DNA of 27,034 nt from Candidatus Sigynarchaeum calidifontis (GTDB lineage: Archaea; Asgardarchaeota; Lokiarchaeia; Sigyniarchaeales; Sigyniarchaeaceae). This document shows positions 1 through 9,105 of the stretch, one piece after another. Positions within the stretch are counted from its first letter, which is position 1, and every line of letters begins with the position of its first letter. Made by a program: the position numbers and the translations under genes. The stretch spans positions 1 to 27,034 of the forward strand of contig JAUQYZ020000263.1 in NCBI GenBank assembly GCA_030587475.2, read 5' to 3'. The notes under the pieces are model-generated. The model saw only the letters and a list, made by a program, of their open reading frames with translations, was not told the origin of the DNA and did not search any database.

Positions 1-1
1 G

Positions 2-1390
2 GCGCTGTCTGACACGACCCTGGACTACACGGTGGCGGACAGCATCAGAGCACAGCTGACGACGCTTGTAAAGTGTACCTGGTGGACAGCGGACGGAAGC
101 TTCGGCGTCTGGGAAGGGCTCGGCTGCTGCGGGTTCCACACGACCGACATCACGTACCAAGGATCCTTCAATTTGCTCGCCCTCTTTCCCGATCTGCAGA
201 TGCGCCAGATGCTCATGGGTGCCCGGTTCCAGCGTGAAGACGGCCGCATCCCCCACTTCTTCGTGCCCGACCTTTCGCACGTCGATCATGGCTTCGACCG
301 GGTGGACATGAACCAGCAATTCGTGATGCTCGTGTGTCGTGATTACTTGTGGACCGGGGACACGAAGTACCTCAAGGAAGCGTGGCCGCATGTCGTGCGC
401 GCGATGGACAACACCCAGCTGCTCGACGGCGACGGCGATGGCTTGCCCGATCACGACACGAGACGCAACACGTATGATGGCTGGAATTTCTTCGGCACGC
501 CATCCTACATCGCAAGCCTCTGGCTCGGAGCGCTCCGGGCTGCGGCCCGAATGGCACGAGACATCGGCGACAAGGCAAACGAGACGAAATGGGAAGCATT
601 TCTGGCAAAAGCGGTACCGGCATTCGTCGACAAGCTGTGGAATGGTGAATATTTCAGCCTGTGGATCGACAAGGACCGGCGCGACGAGATGTGCATGACC
701 GACCAGCTGAGCGGCGAGTGGTTCACGCGGCTCGTTGGCCTAGGCAACAGCATCCCCGTAGATCGCGTCAAGGCCGCCCTGGCCGCGGTGTTCAAGCACA
801 ACTTCTCGGCCGAGGGCGGGCTCATCAACGGGTCGTATCCCGCGGGCAAGAAGCGTTCCTTCCCGGCACACTACAACGGGCAAGCGATGGCCACGTGGAC
901 GGGCATCGAATACGCTATCGGGTCAATGATGATCGATCACGGCATGGTCAGCGAAGGCATCGCGGTCGTCGACGCGATCCACGACCGTTACGAGCGGGCG
1001 GGCCGGTATTGGAACCACGTGGAATGCGGCGATCATTATTACCGGGCGATGTGTTCCTGGGCCGTGCTGCTCGCGGCAACCGGTTTCAAGCTCGATGTCC
1101 CCAAGCAAGCGATGCGCATCGCGCCATGCACCAGCGGGGACGTGCGCGCCCCGTGGTTCTCGTCGACCGCATGGGGCACGTTCTCGTGGAAGGGTGACAA
1201 GCTCGAGATAGAATGCTTGGCAGGCAAGCACGTGTTGGCGGATCTTGTCCTCGACCGGAATCCGGCATCCGCTTTTGCAACTATCAGCGGTAAGGCAATA
1301 AAAATCAAGGTCGCCACGGGCGAGGACGGCGTGCATGTCGCGTTCGATGCCCCGGTCGAGCTCGACGCCGGCTCTTCTCTCGTGATCTAG
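2..1390 (+). CDS. Glycoside hydrolase family 116 (GBA2-like beta-glucosidase/xylosidase), catalytic domain; 5'-truncated by window edge
   Basis: Frame is open from position 2. GH116-type motifs FGVWEG (nucleophile Glu region), LLALFPDL, GRIPH, DGDGDGLP, NTYDGW (acid/base Asp), DQLSGEWF, WTGIEY, WNHVECGDHYYRAM. Confidence 0.9.
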   Translation, partial: ALSDTTLDYTVADSIRAQLTTLVKCTWWTADGSFGVWEGLGCCGFHTTDITYQGSFNLLALFPDLQMRQMLMGARFQREDGRIPHFFVPDLSHVDHGFDRVDMNQQFVMLVCRDYLWTGDTKYLKEAWPHVVRAMDNTQLLDGDGDGLPDHDTRRNTYDGWNFFGTPSYIASLWLGALRAAARMARDIGDKANETKWEAFLAKAVPAFVDKLWNGEYFSLWIDKDRRDEMCMTDQLSGEWFTRLVGLGNSIPVDRVKAALAAVFKHNFSAEGGLINGSYPAGKKRSFPAHYNGQAMATWTGIEYAIGSMMIDHGMVSEGIAVVDAIHDRYERAGRYWNHVECGDHYYRAMCSWAVLLAATGFKLDVPKQAMRIAPCTSGDVRAPWFSSTAWGTFSWKGDKLEIECLAGKHVLADLVLDRNPASAFATISGKAIKIKVATGEDGVHVAFDAPVELDAGSSLVI

Positions 1391-1393
1391 CCG

Positions 1394-1410
1394 TTTTTTT
1401 CCTGCTTTTA
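1394..1410 (+). terminator. Putative archaeal oligo-T terminator
   Basis: T7 tract plus a second T tract directly after the TAG of the GH116 gene. Confidence 0.4.
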
Positions 1411-1476
1411 TGGCAAGGCCAAGCAATAATGTGCATCCCTTCATTCCAAATTCTTGACGTCCTGAAGTCGATTCCT

Positions 1477-2262
1477 ATGGAACACGTTTTGTCCTTATCG
1501 AACGTCCGCTACGTGCGTGGTGACAAGGTCATCTTAGACTCTATCACGTGGCAAGTACGAAAGAACGAGCATTGGATCGTCTTTGGCCCGAACAGCTCCG
1601 GCAAGACCACGTTACTCAGTATCGTTAACGGCTACGCGTGGCCGACGGAGGGCGAGGTGCAAGTCTTGGGGGAAAAGTTCGGCGAAACCGACCTCACCGT
1701 GCTGCGGAAACGCATCGGCTGGGTGAGCCGGTCGCTCGAGCATCTCATCCACGACGAGGATCCCGCCATCGAGATCGTCATGGCAGGGGCGTTTGCCGGC
1801 ACGGTTCTCTGGCAAGACGTGGGGGCGGCGGGCGAGGCTCGAGCAAGGGATCTGCTCGCGCAGGCCGGCCTCGCGGGAGTTGTAGAACGTCCCTACGGCG
1901 TGCTCTCCCAAGGCGAACAAAAGAAGGTGCTCATCGCCCGTGCCCTCATGGCTCATCCCGGGCTGCTTATACTCGACGAGCCTTGCGAGGGCCTCGATAT
2001 CTCAAGCAAGGAGCGATTCCTCGTCGACTTGTCGCGGATCGCGCTCGCTCGCGAAACGCCAACGATCATAATGGTGACGCATCACGTTGATGAAATTCTC
2101 CCGTTCTTCACTCACGTTCTCGTCCTCAAGGATGGGCACGTGTTCGCGCGTGGCACCCCGGCCGAGATCGTCACGTCCCGCTTACTTTCCGACTTGTTCG
2201 GCATATCCATCGAGATCGAGCAGCGGGCTGGAAGATATCGCGTGGTTTATCCTGGCGCTTGA
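1477..2262 (+). CDS. ABC ATP-binding protein, ModF/YlmA-like (no permease adjacent)
   Basis: Walker A GPNSSGKTT, signature LSQGEQ, Walker B LLILDEP, H-loop VTHH. ATG at 1477 (MEHVLSLSNV) is a better start than GTG 1429. Confidence 0.88.
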   Translation: MEHVLSLSNVRYVRGDKVILDSITWQVRKNEHWIVFGPNSSGKTTLLSIVNGYAWPTEGEVQVLGEKFGETDLTVLRKRIGWVSRSLEHLIHDEDPAIEIVMAGAFAGTVLWQDVGAAGEARARDLLAQAGLAGVVERPYGVLSQGEQKKVLIARALMAHPGLLILDEPCEGLDISSKERFLVDLSRIALARETPTIIMVTHHVDEILPFFTHVLVLKDGHVFARGTPAEIVTSRLLSDLFGISIEIEQRAGRYRVVYPGA

Positions 2263-2358
2263 CGGAAAAAAAGGAGGGTTGCTATGCAGTTTAGATTTAC
2301 CAGGACAAAATTGGACACGGCATGGATGATATCCGGCCCGAACTTGAAATAACGGTTG

Positions 2359-3180
2359 TTATAACTTCGCGCTCTTCTCGAGGAACTCGTCTGTCTTCGA
2401 CGTGTAGCCATTTTTTACCTCCGAGTACGTTACGGTCGATACCATATGGCCGCGATGCGTGGCATCGAAAAGACGGATGGCCTTGACAGAGTTATAATCT
2501 CCCTCCGTTAAGATTATGTATTGCTTGCATGTCATGCAAGCCCGGGCAGTCGCGAGATCGCTCTGATCCAGCGCTTTCGGCTTCTTGATCGTTTTTTCCA
2601 GCTCGACATACTGCTCGAGCGCAGCATCTCGCTGTTGCTGGAGATCGGCCACTTCCTTTTCCAATTGTTCTTTCTCTTGTTGCAAGCGAGCGCTGAGTTC
2701 ACCTTTTTCAGCCCTTTCAGCTTCTATCGCTATGACCCTGGCTTGAAGGTCGCCGATGTCGCGCTTGAAATTCTCGATCTGTCGCCCCATGGCTTCGAGC
2801 TCCTGCTTGGCACGGTCTCTTTCCGATTCGATTTCCTTCCCGTGACCTTCGAGCCCTGCGATCTTTTCCTGGAGTCTTTGCACTTCAGCTTCCGTGGAGC
2901 TTGCCTTGGCGACCTTGTTCTTGTAATCGTGTTCGAGCGTTGATAACCTGCGCTCGAGGTCAGCAGCCCTTGCCCGCTCCGCGTTCAAAGCACTCTCCAC
3001 GCTGGCTTTCTCGGTTTCCAGCTGTTTGATTTTACGGTTTCTCTCGTCAAGAGCCCCTTGTTGAGCCTCGATGGTTGATCGGAACTCGATGATATCCCGT
3101 CCCCGGATCTTATGTTCTTTTTCGGGTTGGTTTTCGATTTTATCCCACGGGATCGACTTGTTCGAATCGTTCATGCTCAT
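2359..3180 (-). CDS. Coiled-coil protein with C-terminal putative Zn-binding domain (CxxC...HxxH)
   Basis: About 160 aa of E/K/Q/L heptad-like sequence, then ARACMTCKQYI...FDATHRGHMV. Confidence 0.75.
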   Translation of the reverse strand: MSMNDSNKSIPWDKIENQPEKEHKIRGRDIIEFRSTIEAQQGALDERNRKIKQLETEKASVESALNAERARAADLERRLSTLEHDYKNKVAKASSTEAEVQRLQEKIAGLEGHGKEIESERDRAKQELEAMGRQIENFKRDIGDLQARVIAIEAERAEKGELSARLQQEKEQLEKEVADLQQQRDAALEQYVELEKTIKKPKALDQSDLATARACMTCKQYIILTEGDYNSVKAIRLFDATHRGHMVSTVTYSEVKNGYTSKTDEFLEKSAKL

Positions 3181-3299
3181 GCACTCGAACTGGCACGTCC
3201 GCTATCTGATTACGAAGGGGGTAACGGGGTAATAAACATGAGGGTGCGAGTGAAAAATTCCACCGATGGCCTTATTTTTGCCCGAGTCTAGTATTAACC

Positions 3300-4151
3300 G
3301 TGCTCGATTGGCAGCAAGATGTTGAAATCATAAACAACATCATCCTCGGAAACGCCGTGGCGCCGTGGGACGCGCACTACCTCGTGGCCAAGTACGGGTT
3401 CCGCCGGGAAACCTTCCCGAGCTGGTATTTCGGCAATCTCGAGAAGGCCAGGGTCGCAGTCTTCGGGTACAATCCCATCGCGGATGAGCTCGTCGACGCC
3501 TTCGAGACCGCCCTCATCAACCACCAGTTCGCGTCGAATCCTGACAATGCCATGGCGGAGGATCCCGGTGCGGCATTCATGGCCGTGATCGAAGCTTACT
3601 ATTCCATGTACTTCGACGACGCTCGCATGGAGGAACAACTCCGGGGCCATCTCTCCCCGGATTATTACGAGGAGATCCGCGGCCGCATGATCGGGAACTC
3701 GTTATACAAGAGCGTCACGCGCGTGTACCAGTCGCCGTTCGTCGTCATGAACTTGCTTCCCTACCGGTCGCCGAAAATCTACTTGAAGATCTACGACGAT
3801 GACAAGATCACCCCGATCTTGCTCAAGAACTGGACCACCACGGTGAAGAACTTGTTCCGCGCCGACCGCCTCGTGCTCCTTCACTTCTCCGGCCGTGACG
3901 TGTTCAAGAAAGCCATCAAGCAGCGGGACGAGCGCATTTTCCCCCCTTCTCTCATCGAAATAGTGTCCACGTCCGATGGGCTCGGTAGCGTGCTGCACGG
4001 AGAATGCGTGTTGAAACATCCCGAGACAGGCGGGAGGAAGCAAGTGAAATTCGTCGTCACGAGCCAGGTGACGTCCAAGGTCGATGTAAAGGCGTTCGAG
4101 GCCATCCACCAGCTCGTGAAGGACGACGGGATCAAGATCACGCTATTCTGA
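3300..4151 (+). CDS. Hypothetical protein, uracil-DNA glycosylase superfamily-like
   Basis: 283-aa ORF with host-like codon usage. Motifs PSWYFGNLEKARVAVFGYNP and VVMNLLPYRSPK resemble the P-x-x-Y-x-G...h-h-G-x-N-P and h-h-P-Y/W-x-S elements of divergent UDG-fold proteins. The CDS is secure; the fold call is tentative. Confidence 0.55.
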   Translation: MLDWQQDVEIINNIILGNAVAPWDAHYLVAKYGFRRETFPSWYFGNLEKARVAVFGYNPIADELVDAFETALINHQFASNPDNAMAEDPGAAFMAVIEAYYSMYFDDARMEEQLRGHLSPDYYEEIRGRMIGNSLYKSVTRVYQSPFVVMNLLPYRSPKIYLKIYDDDKITPILLKNWTTTVKNLFRADRLVLLHFSGRDVFKKAIKQRDERIFPPSLIEIVSTSDGLGSVLHGECVLKHPETGGRKQVKFVVTSQVTSKVDVKAFEAIHQLVKDDGIKITLF

Positions 4152-4427
4152 GCAATGTTTATCAAAAACAAATGAGCTAGCTGTCTTTCGACAGCGCTGG
4201 CATGCGTGGCGAACGAGATCTTGCCGGAAACGGTCATCGCGCCACCCGTTCCAAGTTTTTTATCCGAGCTCGTCGAGCATCATTTTATCCAATCCGAGAT
4301 GCCCCGTGAACCCGATGGTCGTTGGATCCATTTTTATCGAAGAATGGTTAAAAAAGGGCGATAAACAAGCACTCGAGAGCGGAATAGCGTCTTCAACACG
4401 CTTGAATGAGACCGAGAGAACGTGAAT

Positions 4428-5369
4428 TCATGGGATCAAGGGGGCAATGAGCGAGATGTTGAGCACGAGGAAGATCGTTCCGACGGCGAGCGGTAGAAGC
4501 ATGAGCACCATGCCGTATACCGATTTTTGCAGCTGGCTCCTCCACCGGGTCGCAGCATAGAACAAGACGGCCAGCCCGATCGATATTGCCAGCGGGACGA
4601 GCGAGGCCAACGCGAGCTCGCCCTTGTTCCCGAACCGGTCGGGTGTCCCGCCGAGGTCATAGTGAAGCGGCACGATCTCGGGAAGCCACGGGAACACGAC
4701 GACCATGTAGGTGATGCTGATGCCGGCTTCGATGAGGACGGCGACGAAGAGCGCGGTGGTCAAGACCTGGTGCTTGCGAGCCATCGATTCCGGCCCCGCG
4801 AGGCGCTGCGTGTTGTCGAATTGCTTTTCGGCAATGCTACCGATTCGCTGCTTCACGGTCGCGATGAATTCCTCCGGCGCCGCGGGCGTGATCCCGTAAT
4901 ACTTGCCCGCCGAGGTGACGATGATGACCAGGTTTGCCATCCTCGTGGCGACCAGCTTGATCGGCCTGTAGGAACCGTCGATCAGCAGCCGGAATGCCCC
5001 GTACAAGTGATCGGGGATGCCCACCCCGGCCGTCCTGATACCATCGAAGGCGGTGCTACTTGGCCGGCCGACACTCGCTATCTCGTTAAGTGGAATCACC
5101 ATCTTGAAGAAACCCCACCGCAGCACCAGGAGATCCCTCGAAACAATATATGCCATCTTGAAATAGCCATGAATCACGACAGAGAACAGCGCGGAAATGC
5201 CACCAACGAGGACGAAGGAGAATGATGTCAAGATCATATCCGATGTCATGAGCACGACGGGGATAAAGACCGCGGAGAGGGTGCCCACGATCACGATGCC
5301 GAGGGCAACGCTCCAACAACCACCTTTCGACGGGGCCGGTCGAAACGAGCGGGCTTCGTCTGGCTGCAT
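4428..5369 (-). CDS. Membrane protein: 2 TM + bacterial PH-like domain + DUF1648 (SdpI N-terminal-like) domain
   Basis: LPEIVPLHYDLGGTPDRFGNK is the DUF1648 signature. LVLRWGFFKMVIPLNEI...GIRTAGVGIPDHLYGAF...YGITP is typical of membrane-associated bacterial PH domains. About 5 hydrophobic helices. Confidence 0.8.
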   Translation of the reverse strand: MQPDEARSFRPAPSKGGCWSVALGIVIVGTLSAVFIPVVLMTSDMILTSFSFVLVGGISALFSVVIHGYFKMAYIVSRDLLVLRWGFFKMVIPLNEIASVGRPSSTAFDGIRTAGVGIPDHLYGAFRLLIDGSYRPIKLVATRMANLVIIVTSAGKYYGITPAAPEEFIATVKQRIGSIAEKQFDNTQRLAGPESMARKHQVLTTALFVAVLIEAGISITYMVVVFPWLPEIVPLHYDLGGTPDRFGNKGELALASLVPLAISIGLAVLFYAATRWRSQLQKSVYGMVLMLLPLAVGTIFLVLNISLIAPLIP

Positions 5370-5573
5370 CGATGGTTCACCCGGGGTAGGATGAGAAAGA
5401 AACCAGGAACGTTTAAATCATGCGGGGTCTTGCGATCGTCGCCGCGATCTCGGCCATCGATGCGATCAAGCTGGACCGGGTGGATCGGACAGTACGAGAA
5501 GCCCCGCAAGCGTGCGCTTCAGAAATTCCGCGCTGCTCGCTCCCTCATTAACCACGAGGCGATCCCCACGCCC

Positions 5574-6344
5574 ATGGCCATGGAGAACACGTGGAAGGCC
5601 CGCGAGCCCGCCATCGCGGCGCTCGCTCCCGACCTGCTCCGGGCGCTCATCGTGCTCGAGGCCCGGCCGCCCGTGTCGGTCCGCGTGTTCTTCTGCGAGG
5701 GCGTCATGGCGGTCGTGCGGTACCTCCGGGAGGCCACGACGGGCACGGAGCCCGGCGCGATGCATCACGTGTTCAAGATCCTCGCCAAGCACGCGATGTA
5801 CGGCGAGCGCGGCCGCATGGAGGTGGCGAGCCGGGGCGAGCGCATGGACATCTATTTCGACGAGACCATGGCGTCGATATCGGTCAAGACCATCATCAAC
5901 GCCACGATCGAAGCCATCCGCGGCAAGACCATGGCCATCTTCGACGCCACGCCCGCCGACCAGACGTGGATTTTTTTCTTCTACAAGTTCAAGGGCCGCG
6001 CCAGCCCGCGCCCGCCGTGCCAATACTTAATAACGTGGGTCGACATAGCTAGCCTCGACCTCGATGTGCCCGGCGCGCTGGTCCGGCAGGTGATCGCGAT
6101 GGTGACGAAGGCAAAGGAAAAAGCAGCGAAGCAGCTCGGGGTGCCCGGCAAGATCCTGATCCCGGTGCCGGACATCATCAAGGTGGAAGACCTGGAACGC
6201 GAGATCGAAGAAAAAGACAAGATCATCGCCGATAAGGACAAGGCGCTCGTTGAAAAGGACAAGGCGCTCGTTGAAAAGGACAGGGTTATGGACGCGCTCG
6301 CGCGGGAGAACGCCGAGCTCAAGAAACGCCTCGGTTTGAAATGA
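5574..6344 (+). CDS. Hypothetical protein with C-terminal EKDK heptad coiled-coil tail; possible degenerate PD-(D/E)xK fold
   Basis: GC-rich ORF. ATG 5574 lies about 25 nt after an AT patch (CATTAACC). Contains RMDIYFDETMASISVKT and tail EEKDKIIADKDKALVEKDKALVEKDRVMDALARENAELKKRL. Confidence 0.7.
   Translation: MAMENTWKAREPAIAALAPDLLRALIVLEARPPVSVRVFFCEGVMAVVRYLREATTGTEPGAMHHVFKILAKHAMYGERGRMEVASRGERMDIYFDETMASISVKTIINATIEAIRGKTMAIFDATPADQTWIFFFYKFKGRASPRPPCQYLITWVDIASLDLDVPGALVRQVIAMVTKAKEKAAKQLGVPGKILIPVPDIIKVEDLEREIEEKDKIIADKDKALVEKDKALVEKDRVMDALARENAELKKRLGLK
6234..6282 (+). repeat. 21-bp in-frame tandem repeat (AAGGACAAGGCGCTCGTTGAA x2.3)
   Basis: Identical units at 6234-6254 and 6255-6275 plus partial 6276-6282; each encodes one heptad (KDKALVE). 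Confidence 0.95.
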
Positions 6345-6598
6345 TACCAACCGTGCGAGGATCCGCTTCTTGGCCGTTCTTACTCGGACCAATAAGATGG
6401 CCAGTGCCTCTTAAAAGGTGTTGTTATCCCAAAACGACGGCTCCCCTTTTATGGCAATTAAAGTGGCTTAAAAGGACGGGTGCGGTACCACGTCGCCAGT
6501 CGTGTGGCACGTCCCGCGGCCGCGCACGCACGCATCCGATACCCCGCATCCCGAATCGTTCGCACGGGCCTCGTGGCCATCCACTCTCTAAATAGTTA

Positions 6599-7060
6599 TC
6601 AAACATCGACCAAGCAGAGCATTTTCTTCTCTGCCACGATGAGCCACGAGAATTGCTGGATTGCTCGCATTCCGAAGAGCGGGTGGCGGAACTGCTGTAT
6701 AGGGATTACCGCGGGGTCGATAACCTCGGCGCCCGTTCCATCGGTATTTTCTTGCAGCACCTCCCGCTCGTCGCGCTTCAGCATGGTGATGGATTCTTGC
6801 TTTTCATCGATGATTTCTACCATCCCGGAATGCGTCTCGAAGTCCACGCTTCCCGTGATCGTGTGCGCCCTGCCCTTGCCCGCTGGCTTGAGGTGTAGAT
6901 CCTTTATCGTGCCCGCGTCGAGGCTGACGTATCCCGTGAACCCGGAATCGAAAATGCACCAGACGGTCTTGCTCACTTTCGTGTCTGGATTGGTAACACG
7001 TAAGGGGATCAAGTACGAACCCAGCGGCTCATGCATGAGCCAGCATGCCTTGATGATCAC
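6599..7060 (-). CDS. Retropepsin-like (clan AA) single-domain aspartyl protease
   Basis: CIFDSGFTGYVSL catalytic motif, flap-like GRAHTITGSV and terminal PLFGMRAI (hhG motif). GTG start overlaps the upstream TGA (GTGA). Confidence 0.82.
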   Translation of the reverse strand: MIIKACWLMHEPLGSYLIPLRVTNPDTKVSKTVWCIFDSGFTGYVSLDAGTIKDLHLKPAGKGRAHTITGSVDFETHSGMVEIIDEKQESITMLKRDEREVLQENTDGTGAEVIDPAVIPIQQFRHPLFGMRAIQQFSWLIVAEKKMLCLVDV

Positions 7061-7341
7061 GTGCGCGGCACCTTGAAGTCTTTTACCTTCTCTTGCAAGG
7101 CCTTGACGTCGCGCTCGTCCGGCTTAAGCGCGTCGAGTGGCAAGTCGAGTAGCGAGGAGATGTCCTCTTGATTGAATGGCCCGACGATGAATGGGAGCGA
7201 ACCGTTATAACTCGAGCGTGAAATATATTCTTGAAGAGCTATCCTCAATATTTCGCTCCGGTTTCGATATAATCCCGATTTCACGAGCTGGTCGACCTTT
7301 TCGAGTAATTCTTTTGGAAGCCGTATTTGTAATGTTTCCAT
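7057..7341 (-). CDS. Ribbon-helix-helix (CopG/Arc/MetJ, ParD-like) DNA-binding protein
   Basis: METLQIRLPKELLEKVDQLVKSGLYRNRSEILRIALQEYI is a canonical RHH, followed by a ~50-aa C-terminal tail. Confidence 0.9.
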   Translation of the reverse strand: METLQIRLPKELLEKVDQLVKSGLYRNRSEILRIALQEYISRSSYNGSLPFIVGPFNQEDISSLLDLPLDALKPDERDVKALQEKVKDFKVPRT

Positions 7342-7352
7342 TTAATTCGCCT

Positions 7353-7376
7353 TGATCATTACAAATGTAATGATCA
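7353..7376. promoter_or_regulatory. Perfect palindromic operator candidate for the RHH operon
   Basis: TGATCATTACA-AA-TGTAATGATCA (11-bp arms), 11 nt upstream of the RHH ATG and just downstream of minus-strand TATA-like elements at about 7383-7402. Confidence 0.7.
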
Positions 7377-7732
7377 TCCGGCTATATATCTCTGGCTATA
7401 AACCTTGGAAATCGATACGACTGATTGGTTTTACTTGATCATCGAGGAATGGATAAAAAGAACGATAAAAGGTCGACCAGCTCGTATAAAAGAATACGAT
7501 TGCAATAACTTCGAGATCGTATTGCTAGCGGCTTTATCAATGACAATGATACTTATTCAAGCAGGATCCGGTTCCTCAATACATCCGTGCGAGACGATCA
7601 GCGGCAACATGCTTGTTTCCACTAGTAACGAGTTCCAGTTCGGCCCCCCGAACGCTACGCACCAGCTCAGGGTTAGATCTCCCGCGCAACAAGGAAATAA
7701 AAAATATATATTGATAATTGCTCCAGCTCTGT

Positions 7733-9082
7733 ATGAGGTCGGAATACGAGCAGAAGAAAAAACATCTGTTCATCCTTTCAATCGTCGAGGTCATTGCAAT
7801 CGTATTCTGGATAATTTCGTGGGAAAAAGCACTTTGGGCGATTTTCACTTTAGCTATACTTTAAACGGTAGCTTACAGTATTGCTTTTTTTCCGATGTTG
7901 TATAAAATCCACCGGATCAAGATGGATGATGAATTGAGCGAAATCATGGACAAGAAAGCGAAGCAAGTAGCGCCCAACGAGTGCCTCGGCTGCAAGCGAG
8001 TCATGCCTTTCGCCCAACTCGTTCATTTTCCCCGGGCTTTCGCAACAACGATAGTGGATATCGGCCCGCTGTGCACGGATTGCTGGGAGAGGGAACGGTA
8101 CCACCACGTTTCAAGGACACGCATCACCTGGCGGGAAGCGAGCGCCATCGTCCTTGTCCACCTCGCCGTCGTGTATGTCTTGTTGTTTTTCACGCCGCCC
8201 GAAATTCGCTTTGCTTATGTTGGGCTTTGGTACGTTGCGATCTTGATATTCATCTTGTTTCTCGTCGTTCTGGCGAAGACCAAGCACGATCCGGCGTTGA
8301 TACCGGTTAACGGGAAGGAATTGGCCTGGAAAATGCCTGATCCGGAAAAGAACACGTGCCTCTACCATCCACACGTGAACGCGGTCGGTGCCTGCCCGTA
8401 TTGCGGTGCTCCTTACTGCCGCCTCTGCTTGCTCTTCCCGGCCCTCAAGACCAACTATTCCAGGATCAAATCCAGAGATATCACGGCGAAGGCAGACGCG
8501 TTCGCTTCGAACGTTTCGAAACGTTCGTATGATTGGGGCGTTAAACCAACGGTGGAATGGTACACGTCGGTGTACGCGAATTACGTGAGCCCTGAAACCG
8601 ATTTGTCTGACCGCACGAGAATCAACATGTTCGAAGCACGGAAAAAAGCTTTACCACCAAGGTTCACGAAATTCTATACCCCTGCCGTGGATTTCGCCGT
8701 CGATGCAATAATTACAGGGAAGCCGTTCGACCAGAATGTACCGCCCGCCAGCTTTCTCACGTGTCTCGAGCACGCGTTTGGGCGGAACGTGATGGCCTCG
8801 CGGAGAGAGAAGTCCACGAGAGCGATATTCGTCGCTCTGTTGTTGATCACGATCCCATTGCTCATCAACATCATTGTCGGTATTGGACTGGATTCGTTGT
8901 TTGTGCCAACTGTCGTGTGCATCGTGTTCATCTTGATGCTCTGTATACTGTCTCGTCCTCCAATGGATGTCACGATCACGAGGCCAGAGAACGAGATCAA
9001 CAAGGATATCGACAATTTCCTTTTGTTCTTGGATAACATGCTGGGTGCAAGGATATCAGGAGAGATTCCAAAGGAAAGATAA
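7733..9082 (+). pseudogene. Multi-pass membrane protein with C4 zinc finger and B-box-like finger, interrupted by one in-frame TAA at 7862-7864
   Basis: ATG 7733 is in frame with ORF 7895-9082: MRSEYEQKKKHLFILSIVEVIAIVFWIISWEKALWAIFTLAIL*TVAYSIAFFPMLYK. TATA-like AAAAAATATATATT lies about 25 nt upstream of 7733. Contains CLGC...CTDC and CLYHPHVNAVGACPYCGAPYCRLC. 7895-9082 could still be expressed on its own. Confidence 0.7.
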
Positions 9083-9105
9083 AAAAGGAGAAGTCTGAAG
9101 TCTGG

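Noticed and set aside
5391-5573. N-terminal extension of the 5391-6344 ORF
   Set aside because: Arg/Ser-rich, non-coding-like sequence occupying the divergent promoter region; 5574 is preferred.
7405-7905. 166-aa ORF in AT-rich DNA
   Set aside because: TTG start, no motifs, and it overlaps the better-supported 7733 frame; at most a decayed fragment.
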